A DNA stretch of 64,000 bases, from assembly GCA_964188305.1 (NCBI GenBank), contig OZ076893.1. The stretch is one strand, 5' to 3'. A program made the position numbers and the translations under genes. Shown here piece after piece: positions 1 through 11,946 of the stretch. Below the pieces are notes generated by a model. The model saw only the letters and a list, made by a program, of their open reading frames with translations, was not told the DNA's origin and made no database searches. Source of the stretch: Podarcis bocagei (taxonomy: Eukaryota). The first letter of the stretch is position 1. Each line of letters opens with the position of its first letter.

Positions 1-2570
1 CTTTAGGAGGGCAGGAAGTAAAGAGCTGTTTTATGGTGCTTTACAGTGGATTTAGATTCCATTACTGAATATGCGTAGTGATAAAAGGATGTGATGCTGC
101 TGATATTAAAATATTTTACCTCTGTATCGCTATACCAAAGCCATTTTGACAGTAACAAGTTGCAGCGTATAGTTATTAGAATGCTGGATATTGTTACAAG
201 TTTATGAAAGCGCCTATCGCTTTGGTTTTATGTAAGAGGATGGTCGATAAAACAAGCTTAATGCACCTAAATTGTTCCGAATCTTTCTCCAGCCTTTACA
301 CTGGTGGGAAGCTAGGAAATATTTTGCTGAGAGACAAACTTCTGCAGCTTCAGGAGAGGTACCTGAAGGGAGTCCATGCTGAAGGTCTCTGGGGATATGA
401 TGCAGTTAGCAATTGTAATGTCTGCTTTAGGCATTTGGCCACTTCCAATATTGCTTTTATTTTTAAAAAATAGATATTCGAATGATAATATGAGTCACTT
501 TAATTAATAGGAAACAAATCCAACTGCTCTGGAACTTTGGCTGAGCTGCTTCTTTGCATTCAATTTGTTCAGCTATTCTTTAAACTAAGGCACAGACATG
601 GTAAGAGGGATGGATGTCACATGCCTGCTCTTTGCACTACAATAATGGTGCCAAGAAAAAGGGCAGTTTTGAAAGCTTCCTTGGTAAGAATTCTTTCTTT
701 ACACCTTCTCAGAAGTGTCTCTTCCTTGCAAGCAAACGCCTCATTCAACATACCCTTATTCTATTCACTACATAATATGCTCTCCTGTAAATGTACCCAG
801 TGTCAGCTAATGTGTATTTGTCAAAATCCATTACCCTATTTTAGCAAACGTTCCACACTTGTATAACCCTTATTCTTTAATGGTTCTACTTTTAAGTCAA
901 GAGACCTTCAGATAAGAGGATGGCAAAGCCATTAAATGCTTTCCTCATAGTGAACATGAACCTTAGTGAAGTCTATTCGCTAGAGGCCGTCTTCAAAAGG
1001 GCGAATGCTTATTATTTAGTGTCATCATTTACCTATCTGTGTGATTAATTAAAACTCTGATCCAGTAGGAATGAAGACTGCAATCCTACACACACTTACC
1101 TAGAAGAAAGTTCTGTCATACTTGTGGGGAAAGTGTCATGAATGGCTGTAAGCCACATGAGGAAATGGGGTCACAGACTATTTTAATTACATAAAATGTG
1201 ATGCTCAACTCTCTTTGGACGTCTTTAGTTTTACTGACTAAAGGAGCATATTTTAAGCAACATGTGTCTGAAGCTAGTGTAACTGGCATTGGGCTGTAGA
1301 TGTAGCAGTTTGTAGACAATATATTTTAAACAAAAACAATACCATCATTGCTTACTTGATATTTACACAAACCTTCAGCCACAGTGGACACAATCCAGCA
1401 AATGTTAGGCATTTCTGAGAGCCAAACTAAATGTGCAGGCAGTTTCACATACAAATGGGAATGAGATGGTCTGCTTATGAGTTCAAGGGTGGGAACTAAA
1501 ACCCAACCTCCTCTCCTGCCTTGTGTTGCTATTTAAGTAGTTTCTCCTTAGCTGCCTCCAGTATGAGACATGAGCTGGGCACTGAGAAGTTTGCTTCAAA
1601 CCTACAGAGTACAGTGTAATAGACAAGGGAGGGGTTGATTTCCCCCTCCTCCCCCATATGCTTTTTTTTAAAGAAGACATGTGTAGACCCTCCCCTCCTT
1701 CATTTCATGTGCTTAATAGACACACAACTGCCACACATGTCTACTTTGGTTCTCAAAGTCCCACTGAAATAAATGGAAATCAAGTGTACCACTAACCCTT
1801 TATTGGGAGCTAGGTGTGTTTCGCTTTCACAGCATTCCACTCCCCACTTCTGTATGGAAACATTATGGTTGAAGCATTACGTATAAAAACATTACAGCTG
1901 AAATATGAGACAAGTTATTATATGTGTACTTATCAACAGTACTGATTCCACATCAATAATCAGTAATGTAGTACTGTAACAACCTGTCTCATATTTCAAC
2001 TGTAATGTTTTCAGGACAGGGGACCATATTTCAATTTCCATTTTTCCATTGTGCTACTGTAGGAGGATCCTAGACCCTAGAGAATATAATATATCATTAT
2101 TAAATATAGTTTGGTTCTATCCTTCCTCTGAGGAGCTCAAGGTCACCAGCCTGAGCGCCATGGCTAAGATACAAGGTGAAATCCTTTCCTGCAGTCCAAC
2201 ACTAATCACTATTCCACACTGGATCTCTCGCCAATTCTGTTCTGAAGTCTTTAAGCTATTAAAGTACTTACTTCTCCCATATTCTTTAATTATGGTGGCT
2301 GGAGCTCAGTTTTTTACTCCACACAAATAGATGGTAATTGTTTTATTGATTTGTTAATTACTTTGTATAGTTTATGCTGCATTTGTGATGTTCTATTATG
2401 TTCTGGTTATTTATTATTTGTAAGCCGCTTTGGGATTCATTTGAATGAAAAGTGGCAAAGAAATACAATAAACGAAGTCAACACAAATCAAACATATAGA
2501 GGTGGGCAGCGTTGTCAAGTTGCTAAAAGGAAATTTACACAGAGGTACAACTACACTTGTCAACACTTAC

Positions 2571-2658
2571 ATGCAATGATATTCCCATATCTATTCTTCA
2601 TTCGGTTCTCATCTTTTTTAGCTGAGTCCCAAGGTGCAGACTGTCCTTCAAAGAAACT
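2571..2658 (-). CDS. PTPRM: PTPRM exon (88 bp), wedge region and start of PTP domain D1: [29 protein letters not shown](Y)
   Basis: Not in the ORF track; manual translation contains the classical PTP KNRY phosphotyrosine-recognition motif. Acceptor tctttttaacag|AGT, donor GCAT|gtaagt. Phase 0 in matches the previous exon. Confidence 0.96.
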
Positions 2659-3184
2659 CTGTTAAAAAGAAACAGGGGAAGCAAAAACAACACTAAGCGA
2701 AAGAATATGTAGTAGAACAAACACTGAAGATAACACAGAAAGACACAAGGAGAAAATACCACAGCAACGTGCAAAACACGTAAAGGCTGAACTGTAGTTA
2801 TTGTTTGTTCCTTTGCTTGTTACTTATAAGTAATTTCATGAGCGGTTATGAAAACATTTTTCTTTTTAAAATAAACGAAGCATCAATAGATTTAGAAGAT
2901 AAGGCTGAAGCATAGTACAGTCGAGTATTAGCAGAGATAGGATGAGCCGGACATTCAGAATAATGACAGCAAAAAAGAAGTGAAAGGTTTTTAAGAATCA
3001 TCCTGAAACTTTTAGAGGTCATTTCCATTACAACAAAAGTCAAAAGTTTATCCTGCTCTGATTATCATGGATCAGTGAGGCTCAATATGGTGTTTAAACT
3101 TTCAGAATACACAGTCAACTGAAGGTATGAAATACTCTTTCACTACCCCGGACACACGTGTGTCTTCTTCAGATTTAAAGGTCT

Positions 3185-3491
3185 GTATACACACATTTAA
3201 AGTGCATGGCTTCCCCCCAAGAATCCTTGAAATGTAGTTTGTTATTGGTGTTAGGAATTGTAGCTTTGTGGGGGGTAAGTTTTTAATATTTGATGAATTA
3301 CTGTATTTTAATCTTTTGTTGGAAGCCGCCCAGAGTGGCTGGGGAAACCCAGCCAGATGGGAAGGAAGGAAGGAATGAGGGAAAGAATAAACAAACAAAC
3401 AAACAAACAAACAAACAAACAAACTATAGTTGCTAAGATGGGGTGGGGAGTCATGTGCTTTAAATGTGTTTTTATGTATGGTGTGTATGCA
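3185..3491. mobile_element. Palindromic MITE interrupted by an L2-like 3' end (~3279-3360) plus (GGAA)/(CAAA)n repeats
   Basis: Ends TACACACATTTAAAGTGCATG / CATGTGCTTTAAATGTGT are inverted; the insert contains GCCGCCCAGAGTGGCTGGGGAAACCCAGCCAGATGGG. Confidence 0.6.
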
Positions 3492-6190
3492 GTCCATGAG
3501 AAAGGAGCATCATTCATTTATTCCATATTGTTCACTGGATCATTAAGGTTGGGACAACTTGTCATGACTGGATTTCTCTTTAAAAGGACAGAATTCCATT
3601 ATGCAGCCTAAATAAGGGGGACCCAATAAGACGCGATTCAGTTATAAAGGCTTTCCACTGAAGAAAAGACTTCTATAGCTAATGGCACTTGGCTAAATGG
3701 CTTTTCCTTAGGCAATACCTCTTTGCATGCAATTCATGTCCACATTTGTTTTGTTAAAGTCATTATTTACAATACCTCATAAGATTATTGAATTTCCAGG
3801 AAGGGGAAAATGTTTTCATCATGCAGATAACCTGGTTCAATATTTGCTTAACCATAGCACTATATTATTTAATCAGGTTTATTTAAGAATTAATTCATTT
3901 GGGTTAGGAGTGCACATTCACTGGTCAACTAGGGATGAAAGTAGGCAGATAGATTTCCACCCCAGGCTGTATTTGTCCCAAGCAGAGCCGTTTCTCTTCC
4001 GCTACAGCTTGGCTTTCACTACAACCCACATTGCTTGTCTCCTATCTGCTATATGACCAGATATAATGTAAATAATGATGTAATTGATTTCAGTGCATCT
4101 CAATGGAAAAGGGACAACTAAAACAATCCAGAAAACACTGTAAATATTTACATGATGTTTGTGGGCTAAAAAAACAAACAAGAAAGGCAGCAGATACTAC
4201 TTGTCTTTGCTTGCATGATTTCCATTCCTGACCTCCGACGAAAATGAGAATGGCAGCAATTCCCACTCTCGTTTCCCTTTCTGATGGAATTATCTGACAT
4301 CCCTGGTTAGAGTTCCGTTGCCATAGGGATTTGTGTGCGGCAGAAATGGTTTGTGCCTGCTTGGCCCCATTACCTGCCCTACCTGTGCTCAGCATAACTT
4401 ATGAAAGAGTCTGTATGTCTGGGCGTAGGCTATGTACATAGAACCGGGGGCATACAGTGTTCCCATGTGTACAATTTGTTGGTATGAAGGCTGTTTCAGA
4501 ATGGATGCCAAAAGCACCGAGGACAGTGGTCATGAACCTGCACCTTCCTATGTATACTCACTCTCCTCAGAAATAATAATCCTTCATTGTGAATAATATT
4601 TTCTCTAGTAAATACAACAGCAGTTGTCTGATTCTGAATGCATAAGTGGTATCTTTAGGCCTGTGAGTGCTGTAGGAAAGAGCTTCCATTTCTCTGCCTC
4701 TCTCTCTCTCCCTGACCTGCCATCCACCAATATAAATGCTCAGTCTCCCCTAATAAAACTTCTGAACAGGACTTAAAACCCTTATAAGATAAAGTTAAAA
4801 ATTTGAATAGAAAGAACATCCTTCTCTATTTAACTATAAGTACTTTAAGAATAATTTTCACAAAAACCAATTTAAATTTTAGAGACATCTAGCAGCCTCT
4901 TCTCCTTTTAAATTCTAATGCCGGGTCTTCCAAAAGGGAAGATTTCTATATGAGGCTTATTCTGTATTAATATGAAGAATGTACGAAGAACAACAACTCA
5001 AATTCAACTGTAGCAACACACTCCTTGGCACCATAGTTAACTGTAACAAAGTAAATTGTCTTTCAGATTTATCTCTAAACAATGAACCTCTAGAGTGAGC
5101 AGATAAGTTTTTATAATTCTCCTCTTATTCAAAGAATTCCCTAGGTTCAATATACACATTTATGATATAATTAATGTACAAGGTGTGTGTGTGTGTATGT
5201 TTGTGTATGTTTGTGTATCTAAAATTTACATTTGTTCTCAAGCTGCAGTCCCCCTCCCTACTTCCTGCAATAAAAATGGTTTCAGGAGGGTTGAACAAAT
5301 GCTTTCACTGAAATGTATGTGGCATTTTCACAAATAAACCCCAATTTCATTCTTTATAGTATGTAATTAAAGTGTTGTTTCTGACTATATCTCATATATT
5401 CTGCAGCAAGTCAGTGAACCATGGAAACACTCATAATAGTAGAATGTCTATAATACAATAAAATGAAACCACTCCATGAATATCAACTACTTTGCATTTT
5501 CAGAACTATTTCTGAATACTGTGTATAAGGAAATTGAACATTTCACAAACAAGCATATATTTTTCCTAAGCAAAACACATGCCTTGTGATTCTAAAACCT
5601 TCTCCAGATCAACCTTCCCTCATCAATTTCTGAAAGATATAATTACATGTCCCAATTGGACAACTCAGGAGACTGCAAGTACAAAATGGCAACAAGATAT
5701 TTAAAATGAGAACTCCCTATTCCCATAAATAGATATATTATTACCCAGAAGGGTACCGATGTCAGAGTTATACATCATGTGCTGTAGGTTTGCCATGCAG
5801 TATGGATACAAGTTTTAGAGTTTTGCTTGTCTTTTACAATTCTACTCCATAATACACAATGAAAGTGAGTCCACAATAATAAAATGGAATACCAGAACTT
5901 GTCGCATCATAATTCATGGCTGGCTTATACATTTGTCAGAATCAAGGGGTAAAGCTATTCTCAGACTGTACCATGTGAAACTGCAGGTGGGGGATTCCAG
6001 GATAAATACTACTCCATAAAATTATTCACTGAAAATAGAAAACTAGTATACCTGAGAGCTGATTTCAGTTTTCTCCATGAGAAAGTATTATTCAAACATG
6101 TTTTCCTGCAGCTTAAAATGGTATAACCTGAGAACTGGACTCTGCTGAATGTAAAAAAAAATGGGCCCTAAGAAATGTTTCGGCTTTTGA

Positions 6191-6193
<3 letters not shown>

Positions 6194-6230
<37 letters not shown>
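6194..6230. repeat. (CT)n microsatellite
   Basis: Direct reading. Confidence 0.95.
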
Positions 6231-6234
<4 letters not shown>

Positions 6235-6501
6235 CAGACAGTTTCACTACTAACATCTTAAATTAAGAAACTACAGATAAAGCCTTAAACTACCATTATA
6301 GAATCTGAAGCTGTACAGATCCTATGTTCTCTATATTAAAACTGTCAGGCACCCTAAGCATAGTTTCCCATGCAAACCATCATTTTAAGGATGCTTTGGC
6401 AAGTTCCAGCTGAAAAAAAAGCCCTGAAGACATGCCCATTGTGCACAACAGTTGCACAAGTATCAAACAAAAATGGTATCTGTGCAGGCAAGGTTTTAGA
6501 C

Positions 6502-6599
6502 CAGGCATAGGCAAACTCGGCCCTCCAGATGTTTTGGGACTACAACTCCCATCATCCCTGACCACTGGTCCTGTTAGCTAGGGATGATGCCTATGCCTG
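6502..6599. mobile_element. Internally deleted hAT-type MITE
   Basis: TIRs CAGGCATAGGC...GCCTATGCCTG with a perfect 8-bp TSD TTTTAGAC (6494-6501 and 6600-6607). Confidence 0.88.
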
Positions 6600-8024
6600 T
6601 TTTAGACAAAGCCACTGCCATCTTCATGAAGCAAAGTTATACAAAATAATGAAGAAGCCAGTTCTTTATGCCACCCAGTTATGCACTGTAGTTTGAACAC
6701 CGCTGAAAGCATTAAACTACAAGGTTTTTTTTATTCCAAGACATATAACAAACAGCATGTGGACAATTAAGAAGTATGATCGATATTGTTAATGTTTTTT
6801 AAAATATGTATATATTAGAAAAAAACCTGGATTGTTATGTTTTTTAGCCAAAAGTATTATTGTTCTTTTTGTGAGCATACCCTCCTTTTTGGCAATTTTT
6901 CAGAGACGTGAAAGTGTTTGCTATTCAGGAAACATTGTCCTCACTCTGAACTGCCTTTGCTTGTTCTCAGTGGTACCATAGCCAAAACTTGTTGGCTTTG
7001 CGGCATTGTTACATGCCATTTATCACACAATTCTCAAATGGATGGAATTTTCCAGGTTATTACTCCAGGAATTAGAGCAATTAGAAAGAAAAAAATGGCA
7101 CTGAAACAGCAAAAGATAGGAAAAATTGTGGCCATAAAAAGAATGGAAGAATAGTGAACATTTTCACAACTAAGTCCCCATCCCCCGCCCCCGAAATAGT
7201 TCTCCTCCTGCTCTCCCAAAAGTGCTACTTTTCACCCGGCTATCAAAATGCAGTTCTAATCGTATGAAAAGGATGTAATCCTGAACAATAAAATGGCTTT
7301 TATTTTACAAAGCCAATTCAATTTTTCTCAAATAAAACTGACTAGTTCAATCTTTCATAGCCACCGGGGGGGGGGGGGGCTTGGTCTCAAGAGTATTCTC
7401 TATGACATGGTTCATGACAAGTCACCCCTTTCCTGATAATCAAGTGGTGAGTGCCTTTGCTTATGCAGCTGAAAAGCTGCGAAAGAAAGAGGGATCAGCA
7501 GGCTTAGGAGAACTCAAAGGTGTTTAGAAGGAGAGAGACAGAGTGTCTGATCTTTATTTGACCTCCTGATCTGATACTCAACTAAATTTCTTTCTGGTAC
7601 AACTTTACTGTAGATCTAACCTATTATATCATATTTGGCGGAAGCACTTCATTTGTACTAAGTCTGGCCCGAGCTGAAAGATTGTACATGATGAAGAATC
7701 CAACACCAGTTCCCTTGATAGTTTGTCGTAACAGTAAATCAACGCTATCACTACTTTATGCTTTATTTCTAATTTGAGATTTTCAAGGTTTAGCCATTTG
7801 TCCTCTTAATGTTTCACTCTGTTAAGATTTAGAAGTGCTCCTATACTTTCTCCCCAATAAGTTACTTACACTTCCTAAGATGTAACAACATTTTCTGTTT
7901 GATGTGCTAATTTGTGTAATCTACTTTTTCCAGGCCTTTTCCCATATCCCAGCAGTTTTTCAAAATCTTTTATAATGGGTCAAAACTGGAAAAAATATTT
8001 ATATCTATGTCCATATGAATGAGA

Positions 8025-8038
8025 CTGCCACCTTGTGG
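8025..8038 (-). promoter_or_regulatory. Candidate CTCF site
   Basis: Minus strand CCACAAGGTGGCAG, close to the CCACNAGGTGGCAG core consensus. Motif match only. Confidence 0.5.
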
Positions 8039-8180
8039 GGCTTATTTAAAACTTGCTGTGCATGGCAACTGGTCCACAAGCCAATTTATGTCCAGTGCCT
8101 TGCTAAATAAATCTGTCCCTCCATATTACTGGGCAAACCAAGGGTGTTAGAAATACGTTCAAAAAGAAATTGTTATGATA

Positions 8181-8406
8181 CAGTGTTACCTCGGGTTACA
8201 TATGCTTCAGGTTACAGACTCCGTTAACCCAGAAATATTACCTCGGGTTAAGAACTTTGCTTCAGGATGAGAACTGAAATCTTGCTCCCGCAATGCGGCA
8301 GCAGCAGGAGGCCCCATTAGCTAAAGTGGTGCTTCAGGTTAAGAACAGTTTCAGGTTAAGAACGGACCTCCGGAACAAATTAAGTACTTAACCCGAGGTA
8401 CCACTG
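8181..8406 (+). mobile_element. Tc1/mariner-superfamily (Tigger/pogo-like) MITE, copy A
   Basis: TIRs CAGTG(G/T)TACCTCGGGTTA...TAACCCGAGGTACCACTG, TA on both sides, internal CTTCAGGTTA repeats. Confidence 0.9.
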
Positions 8407-9769
8407 TATTCTGAATTTTCCATAGAATGGTTAACTATGTAATGGTTTCTGTTATCATAGCTGTTGCCATTGCTCATTGATATCATTTTGAAAACAAAAT
8501 ACATCCAGGTAGAACAGAATCAGTTAATTAACCTAGTAAGTAAACATTAGAAACAGCTAGAAGCAGGGGGTGAAAAAAAGGGGGGAAAGTAAGTCGTTTC
8601 CCACAGGCAAATATTCAGCAACCGTGGGAACAGGATGCTGGGTGGAATCTACACACATGTAAACAACACTGTGTAAATGCGTTTTTAAAAAACGTTTTGA
8701 AAAATACATTTAATTTGGCATAGCTCACTGTCGCCATCTAGTGTCACATTTGTATACTGTACTTTACAACACATTTAGAATGTTTCGTTTGCAGCTGTGT
8801 AGCGGAGTCCCTGGTCTGGATTGGGCCATTGGCCTGATCCAGCAGACTCTTCTTATGTTCTTAGAAAAAAAAGATTACTATCAGATTATTCCTAGTACAT
8901 CATATGGTTGAATTGCTTCCTTGCATTTTGTTCCAATATTGGATGAACAACCTCCACTTCTATAAAGGCAGGCCATTTTGCTGTCTGTCCTACCTGGTTC
9001 GTATAATATTGGTAAGCTTAACAATATAAGTGTATGATCATGCCTCTGAGTATGTAAAATACGTTATTCTTATTTGTGTATGAATAAGAAAGAATAACGT
9101 ATTTTACACACTCAAGGATAAAGTTTGGGGAAAAATTACTACTTCTTCTCTCTCCCCTGCAGGTTAAAACACATGCAATCAGATGTGCTGAGATTAATCT
9201 TGTATCCTGATATAGTAATTAAGTAATTTGTTTATTATGCCAAAAAATATTTCCCAAGTTGTGTAAATTCTCTGCCTAGAGCGCAGGTAGGGAAACTGAG
9301 GGATAAGCACCCTCCCTGAGTATTTTTATTGGCTGGAATGTGTCCTTAAACTCTGATAATGTGGGTGAGGGTGTGTAGAAACTAGCCTATTATGCAAACA
9401 TCAATTTATATCCATGCCTCTGCCCACTGTCAGACAGTGGGGAACAGTAGGGAGTGCTCAGGTGAGTCAACGGCTTCAGATAGCGGCAGTAAGGCATCCC
9501 TGGACAGGTAATGGTTGCCAGAGTGGTGCCAGGGTGCCCAAGCACATAAAGCAAAAAAGGGGAATCAAATTACAGTACTGTACATGGATTCTGAGGATCC
9601 TTCTGGCATTCACCTATTGAAGTAAGTCAGGGAACATATTTTGAATGAAGACTATGTTCCCCATGTTGCCCCCCAGAGACAGAAAAGGGTAAATGGGATA
9701 ACAGAAAATCAGATGGCTCAAGGAAAGGTAAAAAAGGTTCAGGTGCAATGCACCTTTGCAAATTGGTTG

Positions 9770-10035
9770 TCTGCCTTCTCCATTTATGTGGGGGTGGGCT
9801 TATGCAGGCAATGAAAGAGGATCTGAGGGTCAGATTAACCTTTTTGCAGGCATACAATGGGGTCTCTCTCTGGCAGGCCCTGCTGGTCACATGCCAGGAC
9901 TACCAGGTTCATTCAAATGCCTCAGGCAGCCTGGGCTTTGGGGTTTACTTCAGGGGTTATTGGTGCTCCAATCCATGGAGGGAGGGGATCACTCTGATCT
10001 CACCTTTCTAGAATTATTCCCCATCCTGTAGACAA
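9770..10035 (+). mobile_element. RNase H relic of a tyrosine-recombinase retrotransposon (DIRS/Ngaro-like)
   Basis: EDLRVRLTFLQAYNGVSLW...HSNASGSLGFGVYFRGYWCSNPW, then after a frameshift DLTFLELFPIL. Resembles the (T/S)DASG..GFG...W...LELxPI RNase H pattern. Confidence 0.75.
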
Positions 10036-10523
10036 TACTGAGCTAAGTGGACCAATCACCTGACAAGGTATTGTCCATATGGTGAAGGGGATTGGAAGGA
10101 TTTCTGTGAAGAACTGTCAAATGACAGTTCTGTAACTAGTATATTTATGAATCCAAGGTAAGAGTAAATAATTCGTTTTAATTCTTTGTCTGAATATACC
10201 TTTGGATATATTGAGGAATGAATCATATTTAGCTGACACGCAAACACAGCTGCTGACTCTAGAGAGCCAGAGCCAGTTTGAAGCATTAAGAAGGAAAACA
10301 TATTGGCTTAATCCAACATTCTATCCATCCAAGTGTCACTTCCATAATACTGATTTGGCATTAGATTGTTGTCATCATTACTTTATGATTAGGTCAACAG
10401 CAGAGTGGAGAACACAAATGACAGCTTTAACAACAACAACAACAAAAAGTCTAACTAGAAAACAAAATCAGTACTCATATAAACAATATGGTTAATTTCA
10501 AATGATTTTAAAGCACATTTATA

Positions 10524-10765
10524 CAGTGGTACCTCAGGTTACATACACTTCAGGTTACATACACTTCAGGTTACAGACTCCGCTAACCCAGAAATAGTGC
10601 TTCAGGTTAAGAACTTTGCTTCAGGATGAGAACAGAAATCGGGCTCTGGCGGAGCGGCAGCAGCAGGAGGCCCCATTAGCTAAAGTGGTGCTTCAGGTTA
10701 AGAACAGTTTCAGGTTAAGTACAGACCTCTGGAACGAATTAAGTACTTAACCCAAGGTACCACTG
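10524..10765 (+). mobile_element. Tigger/pogo-like MITE, copy B
   Basis: Same TIRs and body as copy A, with TA target-site duplication. Confidence 0.9.
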
Positions 10766-11575
10766 TATATGTTTTCTTTTCTATCAAAGGCCTATTCTGA
10801 TATTTTCCTTATTTTGTTTTCCACCAATGAATGATCCAGAATTGTGAAATAATTTTGGCTAGTCCTATTGGTACCTTCCCTGCCTATTACAACCTTTGTA
10901 TGAATGTGGCTACTCAGGGACTACTACTCTCCCCGCCCCCGCCCCCCCCCCCCCAGTTCTGCTAATGACATCAGTGAAATCTGCAAAGGTGGAGGGGGTT
11001 TACGTGTGTGAAAGAACCTTGGAATATTTATACTTATTAATTTTTTGAATGTGTTAATAACAAATTTGTTAATTTGGATTTCAACATGTTTAACTTTGTT
11101 CCTAATTAACAAAACAAAAAAGAAAAAGAAAAAAGAAAAAAGAAAAAAGAGAGGATTAAATGCTCCCATGAGGAATATTGCTTTCAGCTGCATGTGGAAG
11201 GAATCACTCCCATCACTTGACCAAAATAATAAACAGGTTGCGGGGGTGGGGAGGGGAGACAGCATACTAGACTGCCAGAACTACTTCAGGAATATTCACT
11301 ACTTCAGCATAATAAGGCATACCAAGCTAAAACAGACTCTCTTCAAGTACAGTATGAATTATAAATTGCTGCCTGTTTAATCAATTATACTTTAATGCTT
11401 TCAAAGTTGTTTGAATATCCAAGGCTAACAAATGCTAATCTTATACTGGTCTAATAAAATTAGGGTTTCATCTCTCTCTCACCCACACATAATTTTACAT
11501 ACTCTATACTGATAAAAATAACCACAAAGAACAAATATCTAATGCAATAAAAAAAACCCTGCCTTAATTCAATTA

Positions 11576-11946
11576 AAAGGTAAAGGTAAAGGACCCCTGA
11601 CAGTTAGGTCCAGCTGCGGACAACTCTGGGGTTGCAGCGCTTATCTCACTTTACAGGCCGAGGGAGCCAGTGTTTGTCCACAGACAGTTTTTCCGGGCCA
11701 TGTGGCCAGCATGACTAAGCCTCTTCTGGTGAAACCAGAACAGTGCACGGAAATGCTGTTTACCTTCCCGCCAGAGCGGTACCTATTTATCTACTTTCAA
11801 TTTGATGTGCTTTCGAACTGCTAGGTTGGAAGGAGCAGGGACCGAGCAACGGGAGCTCACCCCGTTGTGGGGATTCGAACCGCCGACCTTCTGATTGGCA
11901 AGCCCAAGGCTCAGTGGTGTAGACCACAGCGTCACCTGCGTCTCTT
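11576..11946 (-). mobile_element. Sauria SINE, near full length
   Basis: (AAAGGT)n tail at the left, tRNA-like head with GGTTCGAATCCC B-box on the minus strand, TSD TTAATTCA(A/G)TTA at 11564-11575 and 11947-11958. Confidence 0.9.

Noticed and set aside
11860-11946. tRNA gene (also considered at 59590-59659)
   Set aside because: The A/B boxes belong to SINE heads; no complete cloverleaf.
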